Under the pieces are notes generated by a model. The model worked only from the letters and a program-made list of their open reading frames with translations. It was not told the origin of the DNA and did not search any database. This document shows, in pieces, positions 28,849 to 38,673 of a stretch of 44,844 nt of DNA. The translations under genes were made by a program, and so were the position numbers. This DNA is from Sphingomonadales bacterium (GTDB lineage: Bacteria > Pseudomonadota > Alphaproteobacteria > Sphingomonadales > Sphingomonadaceae): positions 1 through 44,844 of the forward strand of contig JBBQHG010000001.1 of NCBI GenBank assembly GCA_038323755.1, read 5' to 3'. Within the stretch, counting starts at the first letter, position 1; the number at the start of each line of letters is the position of its first letter.

Positions 28849-30029
28849 AACCAATCGTGGCAACTGTTCCACGCACAGTCTGGGCACTTGGGCTGGTCAG
28901 CTTGTTTATGGATCTGTCGTCGGAGACGATCCATGCGCTGCTGCCGCTGTTCCTGACTGTGACGTTGGGCGCGAGCGTCGCCCTTGTCGGGCTGATCGAC
29001 GGGATTGCCGAGGCGACGGCCTCGATCGCCAAGGTTTTTTCAGGCTACCTGTCCGACCGGCTGCGTAAGCGCAAGGCGCTCATCCTGATCGGCTATGGTC
29101 TGGGTGCGGTCACGAAGCCGCTGTTTGCGCTCGCAGGGTCGCCCGCCGTTGTGTTCGGCGCACGTTTTGCCGACCGCATCGGCAAAGGCTTGCGAGGCGC
29201 ACCACGCGACGCGCTCGTCGCCGACGTCACCCCGCCCGAAATCCGCGGGCGCGCGTTCGGGCTGCGCCAGTCGCTCGATACGGTCGGAGCGTTTGCGGGG
29301 CCGCTGCTTGCGATCGGGCTGATGGTGCTGTTCGCCAATGACATCCGGATGGTGTTCTGGATCGCAGCCATCCCGGCAGCGCTCGCGGTGGCGTGCGTCG
29401 TGTTCGGCGTCGAGGATGCGCCTGTCGCGATCGCGCCAGTGGCCGCGCCGCCTGTCCGGCTGATCGATCTGAAGCGATTGCCGCACGCCTTCTGGATGGT
29501 CACGCTCGTTGGCATGGCATTCACGCTCGCACGATTCAGCGAGGCGTTCCTCATCCTGAAGGCAGGCGCCGAAGGGCTGCCGCTGACGCTGGCACCGCTC
29601 GTGCTCGTCGTGATGAACATCGTCTACGCAACTGGTGCTTATCCGGCGGGAATATGGTCGGATCGCGTGCCTGCGCGGTGGCTGTTCGGATGGGGCTTGG
29701 TCGCGCTGATCGCGGCCGATCTGTCGCTTGGACTGCTGCCGGGCCTCGGCGGCGCATTCCTCGGTATCGCGCTTTGGGGTGTCCACATGGCGTTGACCCA
29801 AGGGTTGCTCGCCAAGCTCGTCGCCGATCACGCCCCGGCCGACCTGCGCGGCTCGGCGTTCGGCGCGTTTAACTTGATGACCGGCGTCGCGATGCTGTTC
29901 GCCAGCGTCATCGCCGGGCTGGTCTGGGACCGCTTCGGCGCGAACGCGACCTTTCTGGTCGGTGCCGGGTTTGCGGCTGTCGCATTGTTGATAGCCGCTC
30001 AGTTGAAGGCCGTCGCTGAAACGGTCTGA
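28845..30029 (+). CDS. MFS transporter
   Basis: About 12 TM segments; GYLSDRLRKRK motif A; DRIGKGLRGAPRDAL. Confidence 0.92.
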   Translation: MKPIVATVPRTVWALGLVSLFMDLSSETIHALLPLFLTVTLGASVALVGLIDGIAEATASIAKVFSGYLSDRLRKRKALILIGYGLGAVTKPLFALAGSPAVVFGARFADRIGKGLRGAPRDALVADVTPPEIRGRAFGLRQSLDTVGAFAGPLLAIGLMVLFANDIRMVFWIAAIPAALAVACVVFGVEDAPVAIAPVAAPPVRLIDLKRLPHAFWMVTLVGMAFTLARFSEAFLILKAGAEGLPLTLAPLVLVVMNIVYATGAYPAGIWSDRVPARWLFGWGLVALIAADLSLGLLPGLGGAFLGIALWGVHMALTQGLLAKLVADHAPADLRGSAFGAFNLMTGVAMLFASVIAGLVWDRFGANATFLVGAGFAAVALLIAAQLKAVAETV

Positions 30030-30168
30030 CTAGAACGACCTTACCAGATGCACATTGAAAGTGCTGAATTCCAGATGGACTTATGTCGACGATTGGCTTC
30101 CGGTCGATCTAGGGACTTCTGATCTGACAGGGGTTAAGCGGCACGAGCAGAACAGATAGGATCTCGCG

Positions 30169-30981
30169 ATGAATCCGAACAAGGCTTTGTGGGAGAAGGG
30201 CGATTTCACCCGACTCGCGGCGGCGATGCGCCAAAACGGCGACGACCTTGTCGAGAGCCTGGGCGTAACGCCTGGGATGGACGTACTAGATCTGGGCTGC
30301 GGTGACGGAACGACGGCGATCCCAGCAGCGCGGCGTGGGGCAAACGTCCGTGGCGTTGACATTGCGGCGAACCTTGTTGCTGCTGGCAACGCTCGAGCCG
30401 CAGAAGCGGGACTAGAGAATATCCGGTTCGAGGAAGGCGATGCGTCCAAACTGGATGGTATTGCCGACGAGAGCTTCGACTTGGTCGTAAGCATTTTCGG
30501 CGCCATGTTTGCGCCGCGGCCGTTCGACGTTGCACGCGAAATGGTGCGCGTTACGCGGCGCGGCGGCCGGATCGTGATGGGCAACTGGATTCCCGGCGAC
30601 CCCACGCTCGTTGCGCAAATACTGAAGATCAGCGCTGCCTATACGCCGCCGCCGCCCGACGGGTTCATTAGTCCGGTCACATGGGGCCTCGAGGAAAGTG
30701 TTCGTGAACGCTTCGAATCGACCGGCGTGAGCTCGGAAAACATTTCTTGCGAACGCGCCACCTTCGTATTTCGGGATGAGCGATCGCCGTCCGCATTTTT
30801 AGGGCTCTTTCGGGATTATTATGGGCCGACGATGAATGCGTTCGAGGCAGCAGCCAAAGACGGCCGCGAGCCGGAGCTTGCCGCAGAGCTAACAGCACTA
30901 TTTCAAAGTCAGAACCGGGGTGGCCCCAATGCCACCGATATACCAGCCACGTACCTGAAAGTGACTGTTCGGCGGACTTAA
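30169..30981 (+). CDS. Class I SAM-dependent methyltransferase
   Basis: VLDLGCGDG, FDLVVSIFGAMFAP, YYGPTM. Confidence 0.92.
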   Translation: MNPNKALWEKGDFTRLAAAMRQNGDDLVESLGVTPGMDVLDLGCGDGTTAIPAARRGANVRGVDIAANLVAAGNARAAEAGLENIRFEEGDASKLDGIADESFDLVVSIFGAMFAPRPFDVAREMVRVTRRGGRIVMGNWIPGDPTLVAQILKISAAYTPPPPDGFISPVTWGLEESVRERFESTGVSSENISCERATFVFRDERSPSAFLGLFRDYYGPTMNAFEAAAKDGREPELAAELTALFQSQNRGGPNATDIPATYLKVTVRRT

Positions 30982-31318
30982 CATTGCGAGCTTCTCAATT
31001 CAGCGTCTGAACTGTCGATGCCATCCTCCTGAGTTTTGACGGCCCGGGCGACGATCGATCCACCTCGATAAATTGACTCATGGCTATTAAGCGATCCGAT
31101 CGTACGCGGCACCGGATCATTCAGGATCGATCGATCCGCGCCGAAAACGCAAGCTGAACAAATGGCAGAAGTTGGGTAGCCGTCAGAGACGATCGGACGT
31201 CGGGTTCTGGGTCGTTCCGGCATTTCCATCCCCGTGGTCTAATCAGGGGTGTGGCCGTCGCGGTTCGTCATCTGATATTGGGGTGCAATGACGCATACCC
31301 AGGGGGAGATGCATCGAC

Positions 31319-31543
31319 ATGACGGTACTGAGCGACGTCGAGAAGCTGATCTCGAGATTGGCCCCAAGCCCGATCTGCGATGACTGCATTGCCGAGAAGC
31401 TGCAACTCCCCGTCCACCAGCACGCCCACCAAACGACGCGCGAGCTCGTTGGTGGCGGTTTGTTCGAGCGCCGGAAAGACTGTTGCAGCATCTGCGGCGA
31501 GACCAAGCTCGTGATCAGACGATCACCCGGACGAACAGCCTGA
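31319..31543 (+). CDS. Small Cys-rich protein (putative Zn-binding)
   Basis: ICDDC...CSICG pairs; GGAG upstream. Confidence 0.7.
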   Translation: MTVLSDVEKLISRLAPSPICDDCIAEKLQLPVHQHAHQTTRELVGGGLFERRKDCCSICGETKLVIRRSPGRTA

Positions 31544-31639
31544 TATTTGCAACGAGACTGTAGCAAAGCCGGACCGGGCAATGCATTGGAATTTGACGCC
31601 ATGGATGGACCGCTCACCAATCCGGAGAGGGCCGACGAA

Positions 31640-31938
31640 AGCCGATTTACCGAGGATCAGATCATTAGGGTGCATCGCGAGCATGAGGCTGGAGTGAAGA
31701 CGGCGGACGTGTGCCGCAAGCACGAGATCAGCGATTCGACCTTTTACAACTGGAAGTCGAAGTACGGGGGGCCGACGGTGTCCGTCGCTGGCGGTTGTAG
31801 GCGCGCTGGGCACGCGAGCGCCGATGGCGATCCCGCAGGAACCCAATCAGCGTTGGTCGCTCGACTTCCTATCGGACTCATTGGCCCGTTGGCCCGCGGC
31901 CGGCGGTTCCGCTTGCTCAACGTCATCGACGATTTCAG
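31640..31938 (+). pseudogene. IS3-family remnant (orfA start joined to an orfB fragment)
   Basis: RFTEDQII...DVCRKHEISDSTFYNWKSKYGG, then PNQRWSLDFLSD and GRRFRLLNVIDDFS in shifting frames. Confidence 0.88.
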
Positions 31939-33243
31939 TCAGGCGGCCACGACAAGATCGGACAGGGCGACGCTGCAACACGCGAGCGCCAATCCAGCCT
32001 TCTTCTCCCGGCCAACAAGCTGGAACTCTGGCTTTTCGCATAGCAAGCCGGTAAAGCGGATCTCGCACTCGCCGCAACTGCCGAGGCGGCAAGCGTAGTC
32101 GAGCTCTATTCCGTTGGCCTCCGCCAGCTCCAAGATTGTGGAGCACTCATCAGTCTCGACCGTCTTGCCGCTCTTGCTGAATTGGACCAGGTGGCGGCGA
32201 CCGGAAAGCGACAACGGTTCGGCGGCTTTCTTGCCGCCGTCGGCGGTGCGGCCGCTGCCAAAGCTCTCGCTGAACAGTTTGGATTGATCGAAGCCTAGCT
32301 CGTGTAGGCTCTTCCTGGCAGCCGCGGCGAATGGCTCCGGCCCACAGAGGAATACGTGCCTTTGCAGGAGGTCCGACGCCATTTCCGCAATGCGTGATTT
32401 TCCGATCCTGCCGGTCAGGCCAGTCCAAGATTCGGTTCGTCCGGCCCATGCCGACGTCAGGGTAAGCGCAATCCTGAAGCGAGGATGCCGGGCTGAGATG
32501 AGTTCGAGTTCCTTGCGGAAGATAATGTCTGCCGGCGATTTGAACGACGCGAGCACCGTCACATCGACATCTGCCGTGGTGTCGGCGATCCAACGGATCA
32601 TCGACATGAGCGGCGAGATCCCGCTGCCCGCAGCGATGAAAAGCATCTTCGACGCTGGGTGGTCGAAGCAGGTAAACCGCCCCGCCGGTCCCTTTAAAGT
32701 AAGTGATTGCCCACGCCTCAAATGATCGCACAACCAATTCGACACCCGGCCGCCGGGGACGCGCTTCACCGTGATTTCAAGGACATGAGGGCGGGATGGG
32801 CTTGAGGAAATGCTGTAAGACCGCTGTACCGCCTCGCCGTCGAGGTCGAGAAGCAGGGTCACGAACTGGCCCGGTCGATATGAAAACAGGACCGGAGCCT
32901 CGCCGATCAGCCGGAAGGTCTTAACGTCATGTGTCTCTTCGATGATGTCCGCCACCGTCAAAGTCGCGCCCCCCCCGGACCAGCGCGGAATTGAGCCGTG
33001 GTCGTCGATGAGATCGACTAGGATCGGGCTTGAGGGCGGCGGTAACGGTATCTCGTCGACCTGGCAGCCTGCAAACAACCGATCGATCCACGTGCACTCG
33101 CTGCTGCTGTCTGGAGTTAACGTGCGATCTGTGTCGCCAACCGACACTGACCCCGGATTAGACAGGCCAGCGAAGATATCGGTCCAAAATGTCCGATCCA
33201 TGGCGTCGGGTTCCGGACTTTCGTTGCCCGCTGGGGCGGTCAT
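31939..33243 (-). CDS. FAD/NAD(P)H oxidoreductase with C-terminal 2Fe-2S domain (Hcr/PaaE-like)
   Basis: RSYSISS, GSGISP, FLCGP, SESF, CRLGSCGEC...LACC. Confidence 0.9.
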   Translation of the reverse strand: MTAPAGNESPEPDAMDRTFWTDIFAGLSNPGSVSVGDTDRTLTPDSSSECTWIDRLFAGCQVDEIPLPPPSSPILVDLIDDHGSIPRWSGGGATLTVADIIEETHDVKTFRLIGEAPVLFSYRPGQFVTLLLDLDGEAVQRSYSISSSPSRPHVLEITVKRVPGGRVSNWLCDHLRRGQSLTLKGPAGRFTCFDHPASKMLFIAAGSGISPLMSMIRWIADTTADVDVTVLASFKSPADIIFRKELELISARHPRFRIALTLTSAWAGRTESWTGLTGRIGKSRIAEMASDLLQRHVFLCGPEPFAAAARKSLHELGFDQSKLFSESFGSGRTADGGKKAAEPLSLSGRRHLVQFSKSGKTVETDECSTILELAEANGIELDYACRLGSCGECEIRFTGLLCEKPEFQLVGREKKAGLALACCSVALSDLVVAA

Positions 33244-34340
33244 GCTCCGCGATCTAGGAAGTCGTTGCGGGTGGCCTCGACTGCGGCCATCACTTGGCGG
33301 ATTACCTCCTCATGGACGACCAAAGATTCGAGGGTTTGCTTCAGGATCTCGGCCATTCGATCGAAGTGGGGCTCCTCGCAGGCCATCATCCTCGCCAACC
33401 GATCACGGGTCTGGTTGAGACCCTGGCGTGCGCCCGGATAAGGTCCGCCGCACGCCATCGACAAAAAGAGCTTTAGTGTTAGGCGTTGCGCTTCGGTATC
33501 GGAGTCTTGGAAGAAGCCGGCGACGAAGCTGTCAGACAATATATTACGATAATAGACATCAGCGATGACGTCGATCGTTGCGCCCCCTCCGATACGCTCG
33601 TATAGAGATAATTTATGGAGCTCGAAGTAATCTGATTTCTTTACTTGTGCGCTGTCTGTGCCAGGATCGATAGCTCTATCAAGCTTTTTAACGTGTGGAA
33701 TATTTTTCGAGCACTGAATGAAGGCCTCCTCAACCTCGACCATCACCCATCTACTAGGTCGCCGATTGCCTTTCTTGCCCAACTCGACCAACACCCGCTG
33801 CGGCAGTTTGTCGGCGAGTAGAGCGAGCGCATCGCTCTCGATGATGCGCGCCTTGCCGTTGATGTGAAGGCCAATGGAATCGCGGTACAAATCTAAGATC
33901 AACAGGCCGATATGAGGGTTCTCGCTTATATTCCCAAGGCCGGCGAAGACCCCATTGCCTCTATATTCCGGATACAGAACGTGTCTGTCGCCCAGAACGT
34001 TAATGAAACCCGGTTCACCAAATCGCGAACTGCAGTCGCAGTCACCATGGCGGTTAGCGGTTGCGACAAACATAAACTCTTGTTGTAATATAAAGTCACG
34101 CATAAGAGGAGAAAGGAAGTTCAGGACCTGATGGGCGTAAAAGCTCAATGCGCGATCCCGTGAGTCATACTTGATTTGAAGCGCGTGCTCGCCGTCGGAA
34201 CCCGGCAGTAAATCTTGACGCATAGCCTCCGGCGCTGCGTTCATACTGGAGGAGTCAGCCGCGGAGGGATCACGCACCGATGTTTCGCTGGGAAAATCCA
34301 TTCCGTCCAACCGTCCCATGTTCTGCTGCGGACGAGGCAC
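33240..34340 (-). CDS. Pyridoxamine-5'-phosphate-oxidase-like FMN domain fused to a group I truncated-globin-like domain
   Basis: CDCSSRFGEPGF, YPEYRGNG, ENPHIGL, EEAFIQCSK; then LYERIGG...YY..IL.D...FF...FL....GGP; true start may lie further downstream. Confidence 0.8.
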   Translation of the reverse strand: MPRPQQNMGRLDGMDFPSETSVRDPSAADSSSMNAAPEAMRQDLLPGSDGEHALQIKYDSRDRALSFYAHQVLNFLSPLMRDFILQQEFMFVATANRHGDCDCSSRFGEPGFINVLGDRHVLYPEYRGNGVFAGLGNISENPHIGLLILDLYRDSIGLHINGKARIIESDALALLADKLPQRVLVELGKKGNRRPSRWVMVEVEEAFIQCSKNIPHVKKLDRAIDPGTDSAQVKKSDYFELHKLSLYERIGGGATIDVIADVYYRNILSDSFVAGFFQDSDTEAQRLTLKLFLSMACGGPYPGARQGLNQTRDRLARMMACEEPHFDRMAEILKQTLESLVVHEEVIRQVMAAVEATRNDFLDRGA

Positions 34341-34449
34341 CCCACAGCTTGCTATGCAGAAGCGATCACGCGCCGGACTGCCTGCCGTTTACGATCAGCC
34401 TGGCTTTTTGGACGCCTAACGGCACGCGAGGTCGGCGGACCAGAGCGTG

Positions 34450-34690
34450 CCACGGCATGAGTTCGCCAACGCTGTTTGCTTCATGACCATTCGCGAGTTT
34501 GGTGAGGGTCTGCATCAACCAGGTACGCGGGTCGATGCCGCCGAGATTGCGGTTTTCGAAGGGCGTGGCGCTCGAATCCCAGTTGTTTTCATCTCTGTCT
34601 GTTCCGTCGACCAACGCATTTTTTGTAATCCAGGGCCAGCGGCCTGATGCTGCGGTCGACGGCGTTGCTGTCGATATCGACACGGTCGTC
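34450..34690 (-). pseudogene. IS66 TnpC C-terminal remnant
   Basis: DIDSNAVDRSIRPLAL in one frame and GIDPRTWLMQTLTKLANGH...ELMPW in another. Confidence 0.8.
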
Positions 34691-35114
34691 ATCGGGGCAT
34701 CATGACTGACTGGCCCCCGCAGCGCGCGGTACCGCCACATGATTCGTGTCTGCCCGGTCGGTCGCATAGGGATCCTGAGTAGGTCAACGCGTTCGGCCCA
34801 GCCCCTTTGACCGGACAGCGATGTCATCAAGGATAGCGATTTCCAGATCGATAGCGGCAGAATTGCAAGCTTCTTCTGCGACAAGCTGGCGCATAAGCAG
34901 GTTACGCCGATCGCTTCGATCGGCGACCTGACCAGTACCCGATCGCTCAGCGCGGACTTTGCGCTCTACGAAACCGGACACTGGTTCGGGCGCTACTGTT
35001 CGCGGGACCTAGGTCGATCTCAGCCGTTCCACCTGCTCGCCTTAACACGGCGGCCTGTTATTCTGGTTCAAGCTCCGCGACCGAAGTCGGCCCAGTGACG
35101 TCCGATCCCGAGCA

Positions 35115-37412
35115 TCAAAAATGTTTGGTGACAGTCAGTCCTATCGATCGCGGCTCGCCAATGGTCCCGAAGTAGGCACCGTAGATGGTCGCGCCGCCGA
35201 GCGGGTAGCTCTGGAGATATCGGACGTCGCCGAGATTCTTGACCCAGAGCAAGATCGTCGTGCTGGTCTTGTTCATATCCAATCCAAGTTGCGCGTTGGC
35301 GATGCTGGTATCGCCTAATCGAGAATATAAGCTGTTGTCTATATTGCCGAAATATGTCGATCGATAAGCATAGTCGGCTGCGATCGAAATATCGCCGATC
35401 GTTCCAATGCGATGACGGTAACGCGCGGATGTATTGAGTATCCACCGCGGCGCATCGGCCAGAGGATTGCCGCTCAGATCGCAACTGGGCGTCGAGGTAT
35501 TCTCGGGCGGGCACGGGGCGTTCGGGTATCGATCATAATGCGCGTCGTTATATGACCCATTGACGATGATCCCGAAATTGTTCGTCACGCGCCAATCTGC
35601 CTCGACCTCAACTCCACGTGTCGAAACCTGCCCAACATTCGTCAGGATCGCGCTGAACAGCCGATTGAGCGTCGCTTGATAGTCAGCGACCCGCGTGTAG
35701 AAAAACCCGATATTCAAATGCGCGCGCCCGGCCAGCGACATCGACTTCATCCCGAGCTCGAAGCTATCGGTATGCTCGGGGCGCACGATCTGATCGCCGG
35801 CAAATGCAGCTACGATCGGGTTGATGCCGCCCGCCTTGCTCCCCCGCGCGTAGCTCGCATAGAAATGCAGAGCGGCGATGGGCGCATAGGCCAGCGCAAT
35901 CGTTCCCGATGGATCGGCTTCATCGACCGACAGAGCTTGGCGATAGGCCGATTGCGCCGGATTGGCGGGCCGATCGATCACCCCCCATTTGCGCTCATAG
36001 GTCCCGCGCGCGCCGATCGTGAGCGCCAGACGCGGATCGATATGCCAGCTGATCTGACCGAAAGCGGCCAGCGTCTCGGCGTTGAGGTCCGATCCGGTCG
36101 CACTGGTCGTGTTGTTGAAGGATAGCAGCGCGGCGGGTGGCGCGGCGGTATTCCCGAGGAAATTCGCCGCCCGCCCGCCAAACGCCAGCCGCAGCGTCGA
36201 TTGGAGCGACTGCCGAAAATAATAGATGCCCGCGGTCCAGTCCACACTGCTGCCGCTGTGATTGGCGAGTCGCACTTCCTGGCTGAATTGCCAGTCGTCG
36301 GTCGGGACGGCGGCGGAGATATAGGCATCGGCGCTCGACAGATCGCCATCGAAACCCGCGCGGTAGCGCCACTGGCGGAAGGCGGTAATCGCAGTCAGCT
36401 CGGTCGCCCCAAAATCATGAACCAAGGTCGCGGTAACCCCACCTTGCCGCACCCGCAGAAAGGTCGACGCGTTTGCCGTGGTGAAGTAATCGCGGCTCGC
36501 GAGCACTGCCGAGCCACCCGCTGCGGCGACCCGGGACAGATATGTAGCCTGCGGTGGGCCGAACGACCCGGCCACGAGCGTACAGCAACTGTCACTCTCC
36601 TCATGATAGTCGGCGCTTACTCGCAGTTGGGTGTTCGCTGACGGCTCGAGCAGGACCTGGAGGCGCGCGCCGGTGCGATCGTTGCCATTTAGCCGACCAT
36701 TGCCGCCAGCGCTGCGGACCCAGCCCGCCTGTCCAGTGTGATAAAACGAAAGCCGCCCGGCGAGCAGGTGATCGACGAGCGCGCCCGATGCGTTTGCGCG
36801 AAGCTGGACATAGCCCTTGTTGCCGATCGTCGCTTCTGCGCTGCCTTCGGGCGCGAAGGCCGGTTCTTTGGTGGTGATGACGATCGCCCCCGCGGTCGTA
36901 TTCTTGCCGAATAACGTGCCCTGGGGGCCGCGCAAGATCTGGACGGTGTCGATGTCGGTGAGATCATAGACCGCCATTCCCGGTCGGCCGAGATAGACGC
37001 CATCGACGAAAATGCCGACCGCCGGTTCAAGGCCATCACTGGCCGGGTTCCGGCCAATGCCGCGAATCGACACGTAATTGCCGCGCGGGTTGAAATAGCT
37101 GATGTTGAGGCTGGGTGAGAGCTGCTTCAGATCCTCGATCTGATACAGCCGTCGCTGGTCGAGCGTGGTGCCCGTGGCAGTAGAAAGCGCGATTGGAACA
37201 TCCGCCGCCTTTTCAAGCCGTTTGCGCGCGGTGACGACCACATCGGCTTGATCGTCTGATGCACTGGCGGCAGTTTGATCGCTGGCCATCGCGGCACCCG
37301 GAAGGGCCAGCGCAGCAAAGACCGCAAGCGCCCTGCGGGAAAAGCGAAACGGAAACTGCGGCATCCCGCTAGCCCCTCCCTGCGAGGGTTCTACAACCCG
37401 GGAGTCCCCCAT
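35115..37412 (-). CDS. TonB-dependent receptor
   Basis: Signal peptide, DVVVTARKR, plug ILRGPQGTLFGKNTTAG, terminal EPRSIGLTVTKHF; start may be MPQFP. Confidence 0.93.
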   Translation of the reverse strand: MGDSRVVEPSQGGASGMPQFPFRFSRRALAVFAALALPGAAMASDQTAASASDDQADVVVTARKRLEKAADVPIALSTATGTTLDQRRLYQIEDLKQLSPSLNISYFNPRGNYVSIRGIGRNPASDGLEPAVGIFVDGVYLGRPGMAVYDLTDIDTVQILRGPQGTLFGKNTTAGAIVITTKEPAFAPEGSAEATIGNKGYVQLRANASGALVDHLLAGRLSFYHTGQAGWVRSAGGNGRLNGNDRTGARLQVLLEPSANTQLRVSADYHEESDSCCTLVAGSFGPPQATYLSRVAAAGGSAVLASRDYFTTANASTFLRVRQGGVTATLVHDFGATELTAITAFRQWRYRAGFDGDLSSADAYISAAVPTDDWQFSQEVRLANHSGSSVDWTAGIYYFRQSLQSTLRLAFGGRAANFLGNTAAPPAALLSFNNTTSATGSDLNAETLAAFGQISWHIDPRLALTIGARGTYERKWGVIDRPANPAQSAYRQALSVDEADPSGTIALAYAPIAALHFYASYARGSKAGGINPIVAAFAGDQIVRPEHTDSFELGMKSMSLAGRAHLNIGFFYTRVADYQATLNRLFSAILTNVGQVSTRGVEVEADWRVTNNFGIIVNGSYNDAHYDRYPNAPCPPENTSTPSCDLSGNPLADAPRWILNTSARYRHRIGTIGDISIAADYAYRSTYFGNIDNSLYSRLGDTSIANAQLGLDMNKTSTTILLWVKNLGDVRYLQSYPLGGATIYGAYFGTIGEPRSIGLTVTKHF

Positions 37413-37688
37413 AGCGCGCCAGCCGGACTTTCGAAAGCTCCCCGGATGGCCGTGATCGAACCTGTCAGGGAACTAAGACTTCTCTCGAGTGAAATCGCAA
37501 TATCCGCCGAAAACCCATATGTCCAAGCTGACTTAGGCACCGAGAATGGCGTTGGAACCCCGCGTAGGAATTTCTGGCGATGCCGTGCCACGGAAATTCC
37601 AGACGACGAGCCCGACACCCCGGCAGCAGACGAAGGCCGGCTCAGATGGTTGCACGGACGATAAATTCTGGCCTGCCTGCGGGCTGAG

Positions 37689-38216
37689 ATGCCGACCTGC
37701 AGAGTACTGGCGCTGTCCGAGGCTTACTCCTCGGCGCTGATGTGGAGCCACTACGCCGACCATCATCGTGGGCTTTGCCTGGAGTACGATACGTCGATGC
37801 TCGCCGTATCCACGATCGGCGCGGTTGACTATCGGGCACCCCGGGCCGGGCGCGCGCATGACCTGCTGCGCTGGAAGCTCGAAGGCAGCGCGGACGCCGA
37901 AGTGCGGGTGCGACAGACGTATTTCCACACGAAGTCGGAGCAGTGGTCATACGAGCGCGAGTGGCGGGACCTGTCCAGCAAAGTCGGACCGAACGCGCTC
38001 AACTTCGGGCTCAGCGCGGTTCACTTCGGATTGCGGACGGATCAGACCGTCCAGCAAACGAACATTCGGGCACTTGCGCGGGACCGCGACGTCGAGATCT
38101 ATTCGATGTGGGCGGCAGACGATTCCTTCAAGCTCGAGAGGTTGCCGGTGGAACGCGACTATCCTGAACAGACTGGGATCCGACAACCGCCCTTTATCGT
38201 CTTCGGCGCCCGTTGA
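37689..38216 (+). pseudogene. DUF2971 domain protein, apparently 5'-truncated
   Basis: LMWSHYADHHRGLCLEYD and TKSEQWSYEREWR signatures; no in-frame N-terminal FNDP region. Confidence 0.75.
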
Positions 38217-38394
38217 ACGCCTTCCGCCGGCCTATGCGGGAGACGATCGACAGCTGGTTTCCATATTTCCATGTGACGGATAATCCCTGGCCCGGGTCGT
38301 TGCCTGGAAAGGCCGGCGGAAGGCTCTGGTGGGCGGCGGCCGGCGGCCGCCCTTCGTTCATCAGGAGCATCCGGGCCCAGGTCTGGAGTGCGAT

Positions 38395-38595
38395 TCAGGC
38401 GGCGTCGATCGCCTGATCTCGCTGTTGCTTGAGTTCGTCCAACTTCTGCTGCTGGTCAGCAATTCGGTCGGATGATCGGTCCTCGTCATTTCCTCCCGAG
38501 AGGGCCGCGGCCTGTTCCACGAGAACGCGCAGGTTTTCCTCGACGTCGGCAATCCGCTGATCGAGTTCTGCCGGACTGAGGCTAGTGATGGACAT
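38395..38595 (-). CDS. Small coiled-coil hypothetical protein
   Basis: AAGGAGA RBS; helical hairpin pattern. Confidence 0.7.
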   Translation of the reverse strand: MSITSLSPAELDQRIADVEENLRVLVEQAAALSGGNDEDRSSDRIADQQQKLDELKQQRDQAIDAA

Positions 38596-38673
38596 GAGGT
38601 TCTCCTTCGAATCCGTATCGCCTGAACTGGTATCCGCGCCCAGTCGAGGCGCGATCTGGCTGTCGTCGGCCGC

